A DNA stretch of 64,000 bases from positions 910,653 to 974,652 of the forward strand of contig CAVXCM010000013.1 of the NCBI GenBank assembly GCA_963760275.1, written 5' to 3'. The position numbers and the translations under genes are program-made. Shown here piece by piece: positions 58,557-64,000 of the stretch. The stretch is from an uncultured Verrucomicrobiae bacterium (GTDB taxonomy: Bacteria > Verrucomicrobiota > Verrucomicrobiia > Limisphaerales > SIBH01). Numbering within the stretch: position 1 is the first letter of the stretch; each line of letters opens with the position of its first letter. Under the pieces are notes generated by a model, which saw only the letters and a list, made by a program, of their open reading frames with translations, ran no database searches and was not told the DNA's origin.

Positions 58557-59363
58557 GTGCCCAAGTCCCGCAAAGAAACTCAGAAGTTCTCTCGCCGCAT
58601 CCCTCTGGCGGCACTCTCCATCGCTCTGTTCGCGCTGGCCGCCGTGACCTTCTGGATAACCATGAGGCCGGAGGCGCGGCGAGCGAACGGGCACACGACT
58701 AATACCGTGGCTTCGGTGGCAAACACCAACGCACCGAGGTCGATGGCGAACACGAATCTGGAAGACGCCCGATTTTTTTTCACCTGGCTCACGAATCAAT
58801 CTGAGTCGGGTGAGCTGCTGAATATTGGAACGCGCCTTTTGGAGGAGGGGCGAGCCGGGCAGGCACTGCTATGTTATCATCGCGCATTTGAGTTGAAGCC
58901 CGACGACGAAGAAATCTCATTCAATCTCGGCGTGGCTTACGCGCGCATCGGCAAACTTCGGGAAGCCGAACATCATTATCGTGAAGCATTGAAACTCTTC
59001 CCTGATTACATCGAGGCGCACAACAATCTGGGCAACATCCTCACTCGACAGAAAAGATTTGGCGAAGCGATCGAGCAATTCAACCTGACCTTGAGTCTCT
59101 CGCCTGAGAATGCCTCAGCACACAACAACCTGGGGCGAGCATACGCTGAACAGGGCAATCCATCCAAAGCCTTGGTTCACTTCAATGAAGCTGCTCGCCT
59201 GGATGCAAACTATCCGGAGGCGCGATTCAATGCCGGGTCGGCTTATTTGAGCCTTGGGAAAACAAATGAGGCAGTCACGGCGTTCCAGGAAGCGTTGCGC
59301 CTTCGGCCCGATTTTGCGCCGGCGACCCAAGCTCTAATCCGGTTGCAATCGACGACTCCGTGA
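58557..59363 (+). CDS. membrane-anchored TPR-repeat protein
   Basis: TM helix IPLAALSIALFALAAVTFWI. At least five TPR units (AYARIGKLREAEHHYREALKLFPDYIEAHNNLGNIL..., AEQGNPSKALVHFNEAARLDANYPEA...). GTG start is assumed. Confidence 0.7.
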   Translation: MPKSRKETQKFSRRIPLAALSIALFALAAVTFWITMRPEARRANGHTTNTVASVANTNAPRSMANTNLEDARFFFTWLTNQSESGELLNIGTRLLEEGRAGQALLCYHRAFELKPDDEEISFNLGVAYARIGKLREAEHHYREALKLFPDYIEAHNNLGNILTRQKRFGEAIEQFNLTLSLSPENASAHNNLGRAYAEQGNPSKALVHFNEAARLDANYPEARFNAGSAYLSLGKTNEAVTAFQEALRLRPDFAPATQALIRLQSTTP

Positions 59364-59530
59364 AGGTTTGGGGGATTTTCGGCCTGGCCAAACGTTATGG
59401 GAAGGCTGCGGTGAGCTCGATGGACATTCCCGGGGGCGGGTGCTTGACAACCCGGAAGCAAATTTGTGAAGAATATGCGCCAATCTCACCGAGCAGAGGC
59501 TTGGGCCCATTGCTGCATTGGTGAAACTTT

Positions 59531-60229
59531 ATGTTGGATTCATTGTTCACGGCTTTAAGTAACGGCGATTACGGCGCCGCGCCTACCAATTTTCCGGCCA
59601 TGGCGCTTGGCCTGTTGCTGGCGTTCGCCATGGGGCACATTGTCGCCTGGGTCTACATGCTGACGCACTCTGGCCTTTCCTACTCCCGCTCTTTCGTGAA
59701 TGCGTTGGTCATCATGCCCACCATCGTAGCCATCGTCATGGGCGTGCTATCCAATAACTTGATCACCGCGTTTGGAATGATGGCGGTTTTTGCGATCGTC
59801 CGCTTCCGTAACATTCTCCGCGATACGTTGGACACCACCTACGTATTGACGGTGCTGGTGATTGGGCTGGCTTGTGGCTCGCAAAAATTCACGACGGCGG
59901 TGATTGGTTGCGCCCTAACGGCCATTGGGATGTTGTATCTCTGGACCACGTCTTTTGGCAGTCGGCATCGCTACGACGTGATCGTAAATCTTCATTGGGC
60001 GAGACCGCTCGTAGATTTGGGGGATTTAACGCGCGCTTTGAATCGGCATAGTCGGCGCACCCTTTGCGCCAGCCAACGCTCCCATGAAGGCTATGAAGGC
60101 ACGGATCTTTCCTACCGGTTACTCCTCCGCGACCCCAATCGTGTGGAGGAAATGCTCAGTGAATTGCGCGGGACGACCGGCGTCTCCCGTGTAACGAGCA
60201 TGCAGGCTGAAGACGAATCAGAAGTTTAA
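59531..60229 (+). CDS. DUF4956-domain membrane protein
   Basis: MALGLLLAFAMGHIVAWVYMLTH...AFGMMAVFAIVRFRNILRDTLDTTYVLTVLVIGLACG matches the DUF4956 pattern as I recall it. Confidence 0.65.
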   Translation: MLDSLFTALSNGDYGAAPTNFPAMALGLLLAFAMGHIVAWVYMLTHSGLSYSRSFVNALVIMPTIVAIVMGVLSNNLITAFGMMAVFAIVRFRNILRDTLDTTYVLTVLVIGLACGSQKFTTAVIGCALTAIGMLYLWTTSFGSRHRYDVIVNLHWARPLVDLGDLTRALNRHSRRTLCASQRSHEGYEGTDLSYRLLLRDPNRVEEMLSELRGTTGVSRVTSMQAEDESEV

Positions 60230-60230
60230 C

Positions 60231-61316
60231 ATGGATCCACTCCCACCCATCCCGACACCGCCAGCTCAACGCTGGCGTGAGTTTCGCATTCAAGCACTCC
60301 CGGTAATAACATTTCTCGGAATCCTTTGCTGCGTGGTGATGCTGTGGAAGAACTATGTTCTGCCGTCAAACGTGGTAGCTCGTGTGGAAGTTGTGCAGAG
60401 CCGGATTGTAACCTCCCTGCCCGGCAAGTTGGTTGAGCTAAAAGTTCAGCAATACCAAAGAGTAACCAAAGGGCAGGTAATCGGAACCCTCATCGCAACC
60501 AGTCCCGAAACCACTGCAGCCGAAATCGCCGCCGCTCAGGCTGATTTAAAGGTGCAAAAGGCGCAGATGGTCGTAGCCCAGCAGCGATCCAACCAGGATT
60601 ATGCGGGGTTGTTAATGGATTTGCTCAATCACCAGTCCGAACTGGCTACGGAACGGATTAATCTCCGGCTTGCTGAAACCAACTTCGCGCGCGCGGAACT
60701 GGAAATTAAGTCCGAGCCCGTCCTTATTTCTCCGTTGGAGTATGACACGGCCAAAGCGACCCGGGATGCATTAGCGGCCGCCGTGCAGGAAAAAGCAAAA
60801 CTCGTTGAGACGATGGAAAAGCTGGTTGAAAGCTACCGAGTTTCAAACGTCTCCACGGATTACGAAAAATCAATCGAGGACGCCATCGCGGCTCATTCCA
60901 CGGTTCTGAACTTGATGGGGGATCCTGTGGTGCTCCGGGCTCCCATGGACGGAATTGTTGTAGCCATTAGCAACCAAGTGGGGGAGGTCGTAATGGCAGG
61001 GGTACCCATCGTGATTATTGTTTCGGACAGCGCGGAGCACATTGTTGGATATATGCGACCCCCGTTTGAGTCCAAGGTGCAGATTGGCGATCGCGTGAGA
61101 GTACGGCGTGTCGGTATAACTCGGAAGACAGACTACGGCACAGTTCTCAACGTCGCGCCCCAGGTGCAACCGCTCGATGCCACGCATGCCTCGCCTGGGG
61201 CGACTCAAGTGGAGTTTGGTTTGGGGTTCCTTGTTAGCCTCCCCAAGAGTCTGGACCTTATCCCGGGTGAACCGGTGGATTTAATTTTTGAGGAACGACC
61301 CGCATCGGCAAAGTAA
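60231..61316 (+). CDS. HlyD-family membrane-fusion (periplasmic adaptor) protein
   Basis: N-terminal TM ALPVITFLGILCCVVMLW. Lipoyl-like hairpin SLPGKLVELKVQQYQRVTKGQVIGTL ... LRAPMDGIVVAISNQVGEVVMAGVPIV. Long coiled-coil between the two halves. ATG lies 1 nt after the DUF4956 stop. Confidence 0.7.
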   Translation: MDPLPPIPTPPAQRWREFRIQALPVITFLGILCCVVMLWKNYVLPSNVVARVEVVQSRIVTSLPGKLVELKVQQYQRVTKGQVIGTLIATSPETTAAEIAAAQADLKVQKAQMVVAQQRSNQDYAGLLMDLLNHQSELATERINLRLAETNFARAELEIKSEPVLISPLEYDTAKATRDALAAAVQEKAKLVETMEKLVESYRVSNVSTDYEKSIEDAIAAHSTVLNLMGDPVVLRAPMDGIVVAISNQVGEVVMAGVPIVIIVSDSAEHIVGYMRPPFESKVQIGDRVRVRRVGITRKTDYGTVLNVAPQVQPLDATHASPGATQVEFGLGFLVSLPKSLDLIPGEPVDLIFEERPASAK

Positions 61317-61340
61317 CCGGCCGGCTCAACGAATTCGATC

Positions 61341-61368
61341 AAGGCGCTCTACAACGAGCGCCTTTTTT
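61341..61368 (+). terminator. Rho-independent terminator after the DUF4956-HlyD pair
   Basis: Perfect 9-bp stem AAGGCGCTC (61341-61349) / GAGCGCCTT (61356-61364), 6-nt loop, T-run to 61368. Confidence 0.85.
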
Positions 61369-61417
61369 CTTTGCGCAATTTTTCCTGGAACGTGATGCTC
61401 GCATCAACACGTCAGCC

Positions 61418-63391
61418 ATGATGACTCCGAAGATTGCGCAAGTACTCTACGGTGGCGAATACCACCCTGAAGCGTGGCCGGAACCTCTTTGGAACGAAGA
61501 CATGGCTTTGATGCGGCGCGCCGGAGTAAACCTCGTCACTCTCGGCGCACTGACCTGGAACAAACTCCAACCCACCCCTGACACGTTTGATTTCGAGTGG
61601 TTGGACCGCGTGATGAATCTGCTGCACACGCATGGGATTCTGGCCGGAATCGTTACCCCCGCCTGCCAACCGCCGCCATGGCTGACGCGGCTTTATCATG
61701 AGAGACAAGACGGCTCCAGCAGCCCCTTCGGTTCTTGCCTCAATAATCCAGTTTTTCGGGAGCATGGGGACCGACTGGTCCGTCGGCTATCGCAGCATCT
61801 CGGCGCTCATCCTACACTGGCCTTCTGGCAGGTGACGCTTCCCTTGAGCGTTGGCGGCCCCTCTTGTCGCTGCGAATTGTGCACGGTTAAGTTTCGGATC
61901 TGGCTTCAATCGAGGTATCGAACACTCGACGTTCTAAACGAACACTGGGGGACCGGCGCGGCTGGCGGCCCATATCAACATTGGGAAGAGGTCGCGTTTC
62001 CGTCCGACCTTTCGCAATTCGCCACCCCTGCTCATCAACTGGATTATCTCCGTTTTCAAAGTGACGCGCTCCTCGAATATTTTCTGAGCGCGAAAAGCGT
62101 TCTGCGTGAGGCGGCACCCGAGCTGCCGGTCACGACGCTTTTCAACGGTGAGACCGGCATTTCCCCGTGCTTGAATGCCTTTCAATGGTCGAAACACGTT
62201 GATTTTATCGCTTGGAATTTCGCTTTGGATCCATTGGGCGCCGAGTCGGCCGACTTGGCGTTTGGATGCGACGTTCAACGCGGGGTGGGCGAAGGCCGAG
62301 CGTGGCTGCTCAAGTTTGTTACGTCACCCCCGTGCCCGCGCGTACAAAATCCGGTGTTGCGCCCGGGGCAAGTCGGCCTGTGGAGCGCGCAGGCCATCGC
62401 CCATGGGGCTGACGGGATCTTGTTTTCTCAATGGCGCGCTCCCAACGCGGGCTCTGACAAGTTCGAACCTGCGATGCTTCCGCACGGGCTTACTGAGACG
62501 AGGGCATTCCGTGAGGTCGAACAGCTGGGTGGCACATTGAAGAAACTGGCGGCGGTGATGGGCGCCACGGCCCGCTCGGAAGTCGCTTTGGTGCTGGATT
62601 GGGAAAGCATGTGGGCCGTGGAATCTAACTCTTCTCCCGCTCGGATTAATTACGCCGAATTGCTCCGGAGTTACTATCGCGCATTGTTCGAGCCCGACGT
62701 TCCCATCGACATCATTCCAGCGGAGGCAGACCTCACGAAATACAAGCTGGTCGTCGCGCCCGCCCTGCATGTTGTGCGCGCCGGTGTAGCCGAAAATTTG
62801 TATGGGTTCGTGGATAATGGCGGCACCCTCATCACGACTTTTCTGAGCGGTATCGTCGATGCCAGCCTAAGGATTCTGCCAGGTGGATATCCAGCGGCCT
62901 TCCGCAAGTTGCTTGGCATCCATGTTGAGGCGTTCGACGTCTTTGGTGCCGAAATAAGGCACATGAAAACGGCTCTGCGCGGCGCCCGTTGTACCGCGTG
63001 GGCAGATATCATCCAACTCGAGGGTGCGGAAGCAGTGGCCGCGTTCACGGACGATTTTTATGCGCATCAAGCGGCCATCACGCGCAACGCACTGGGACGC
63101 GGCCTGGCGTACTATGTGGGCACGCAACCAGAACCCGCGTTCCTGCGCTCGTTGCTCGCGGAGATTTGCAGTGACTCTGGCGTGCGGCCCCCCATGCGCG
63201 CTCCGGCAGGTGTGGAAGTGACCACCCGCTTCAACGATCAGGGTGAATTCCTTTTCCTCCTCAATCACAACCCCACGATCCAATTCGTCGATATTGGACC
63301 CCGGATCCGGCGGGATTTGATCAGCGGCGAAATGATCAAGGGGCAATGTCAGCTGGAGTCGCGAGCGGTGCGGGTGCTTCAGTTGGCTTGA
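61418..63391 (+). CDS. GH42-family beta-galactosidase homolog, apparently lacking both catalytic glutamates
   Basis: YGGEYHPEAWPEPLWNEDMALMRRAGVNLVTLG and the CxCxxC zinc cluster (CRCELC) are GH42-like. The DNEY acid/base position reads TLPL and the WxME nucleophile position reads WLLK. Confidence 0.75.
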   Translation: MMTPKIAQVLYGGEYHPEAWPEPLWNEDMALMRRAGVNLVTLGALTWNKLQPTPDTFDFEWLDRVMNLLHTHGILAGIVTPACQPPPWLTRLYHERQDGSSSPFGSCLNNPVFREHGDRLVRRLSQHLGAHPTLAFWQVTLPLSVGGPSCRCELCTVKFRIWLQSRYRTLDVLNEHWGTGAAGGPYQHWEEVAFPSDLSQFATPAHQLDYLRFQSDALLEYFLSAKSVLREAAPELPVTTLFNGETGISPCLNAFQWSKHVDFIAWNFALDPLGAESADLAFGCDVQRGVGEGRAWLLKFVTSPPCPRVQNPVLRPGQVGLWSAQAIAHGADGILFSQWRAPNAGSDKFEPAMLPHGLTETRAFREVEQLGGTLKKLAAVMGATARSEVALVLDWESMWAVESNSSPARINYAELLRSYYRALFEPDVPIDIIPAEADLTKYKLVVAPALHVVRAGVAENLYGFVDNGGTLITTFLSGIVDASLRILPGGYPAAFRKLLGIHVEAFDVFGAEIRHMKTALRGARCTAWADIIQLEGAEAVAAFTDDFYAHQAAITRNALGRGLAYYVGTQPEPAFLRSLLAEICSDSGVRPPMRAPAGVEVTTRFNDQGEFLFLLNHNPTIQFVDIGPRIRRDLISGEMIKGQCQLESRAVRVLQLA

Positions 63392-63400
63392 TTCAATCCT

Positions 63401-64000
63401 TCACTCGTCCCAACCCACCGTAAGGATATAACCGTAGGTTGCGCCGCCCCGATCGTGGGCGTCGATCAGGCTGACGAAGTAAACGCCATCCGCGGGAGGC
63501 GTAAAATGAATCAGAGCGTCCCGGCCTTCTTTTGTATCGTCACTGTTCGCGAGAACATGGCCCCGGGAATCGTGGACGGTAAGAATCGAATCCAGCGATG
63601 AACCATAGCGAGTGCTGAACGTCTCCAAGCGGACTTTGCGGCCCGCCTTGGCGTTGAATTGGAACACATCCACGTCGCTGGCGGGGTCGACGGAACCTCG
63701 AATCGTTCGCGGCATCTTGATCTCGTTGGCCTTCCGAAAACCTGGATTCGGCTCCTTCTCTTCGAGCAATGCTTCCCGCTGGAGCACGCGCACCAGCTGC
63801 TTCGCCGTGTCGCCCTCCGGCGTGCGGACGACGATCGCCAGTTCCGCGGTCGAAAAGTTTGATGGGATGAACAACTCCACTTCGACCTGTGTGTCGCCCA
63901 GTTTCTTGGCGTCACCTTTGTCCGGAACCACGGCTCTGCCGCGAGATTTGATGTTTGCCTGAACATTTGGTTCACTGCCGGGCACAGTCGCTTCCGTGGC
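63401..64000 (-). CDS. C-terminal part of a secreted protein ending in a pre-peptidase C-terminal (PPC) domain; 5' end lies beyond the window
   Basis: IRGSVDPASDVDVFQFNAKAGRKVRLETFSTRYGSSLDSILTVHDSRGHVLANSDDTKEGRDALIHFTPPADGVYFVSLID is PPC-like. The ORF stays open to the window edge. Confidence 0.6.
   Translation of the reverse strand, partial: ATEATVPGSEPNVQANIKSRGRAVVPDKGDAKKLGDTQVEVELFIPSNFSTAELAIVVRTPEGDTAKQLVRVLQREALLEEKEPNPGFRKANEIKMPRTIRGSVDPASDVDVFQFNAKAGRKVRLETFSTRYGSSLDSILTVHDSRGHVLANSDDTKEGRDALIHFTPPADGVYFVSLIDAHDRGGATYGYILTVGWDE

Noticed and set aside
59444-59476. Sigma-70-like promoter upstream of the DUF4956 gene (TTGACA at 59444-59449).
   Set aside because: No convincing -10 hexamer sits at 16-18 nt spacing (TGAAGA, AAGAAT and GAATAT all match poorly or at 19+ nt). 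Promoter consensus for this lineage is not established.
1-64000. CRISPR arrays, prophage or integrase genes, toxin-antitoxin pairs, reverse transcriptases, and known defence-system hallmarks.
   Set aside because: I saw no direct-repeat/spacer periodicity. The only mobile-element protein motifs (HUH transposase) are in the RAYT; there are no integrase or RT motifs. I cannot support a defence island from the sequence.

Overview
GC-rich bacterial chromosomal segment. The gene content (delta-60 and BNR beta-propellers, sulfatase, a MoxR/DUF58/BatA-type operon, PVC-type dehydrogenase-like propeller) suggests Verrucomicrobiota or Planctomycetota; this is inference only. I found no rRNA, tRNA, CRISPR array or prophage.

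Layout:
- 1-17.6 kb: housekeeping genes (ALDH fragment, L,D-transpeptidase, dnaE, rpsB-tsf-pyrH, GHMP sugar kinase, BON lipoprotein, response-regulator/MBL fusion, LptF/G permease).
- 17.7-40.9 kb: a 23-kb array entirely on the minus strand. The upstream part (40871->32273) is an unusual ABC module: a 731-aa membrane protein, one ABC ATPase, and three tandem paralogous permeases that each look internally duplicated. It is transcribed divergently from an orphan PilT-like ATPase. The downstream part (32152->17728) has a proline/hydroxyproline-peptide theme: S9 DPP4-like peptidase, secreted propeller, DapA-family enzyme, a RAYT transposase flanked by inverted REP hairpin clusters, an HExxH-protease/cyclophilin fusion, 4-hydroxyproline epimerase, a secreted unknown, sulfatase, a DadA-like FAD dehydrogenase and a DUF885 protein.
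- 42.4-48.8 kb: CotH kinase with EF-hands, Trp-rich lipoprotein with a long disordered tail, ruvC-ruvA, DUF374.
- 48.8-57.7 kb: minus-strand MoxR-DUF58-BatA-VWA-membrane protein-SLT operon.
- 57.8-64 kb: PduO adenosyltransferase, TPR protein, DUF4956+HlyD pair, a GH42-like protein that appears to lack both catalytic glutamates, and a partial PPC-domain protein.

Main caveat: at least 22 reading-frame breaks fall in 9 genes, including essential dnaE and tsf. Twenty of them are net +1 insertions and they cluster regionally. This most likely reflects unpolished, insertion-biased sequence rather than biology.

Best candidate for an undescribed system: the ABC/PilT locus at 32.3-42.2 kb.
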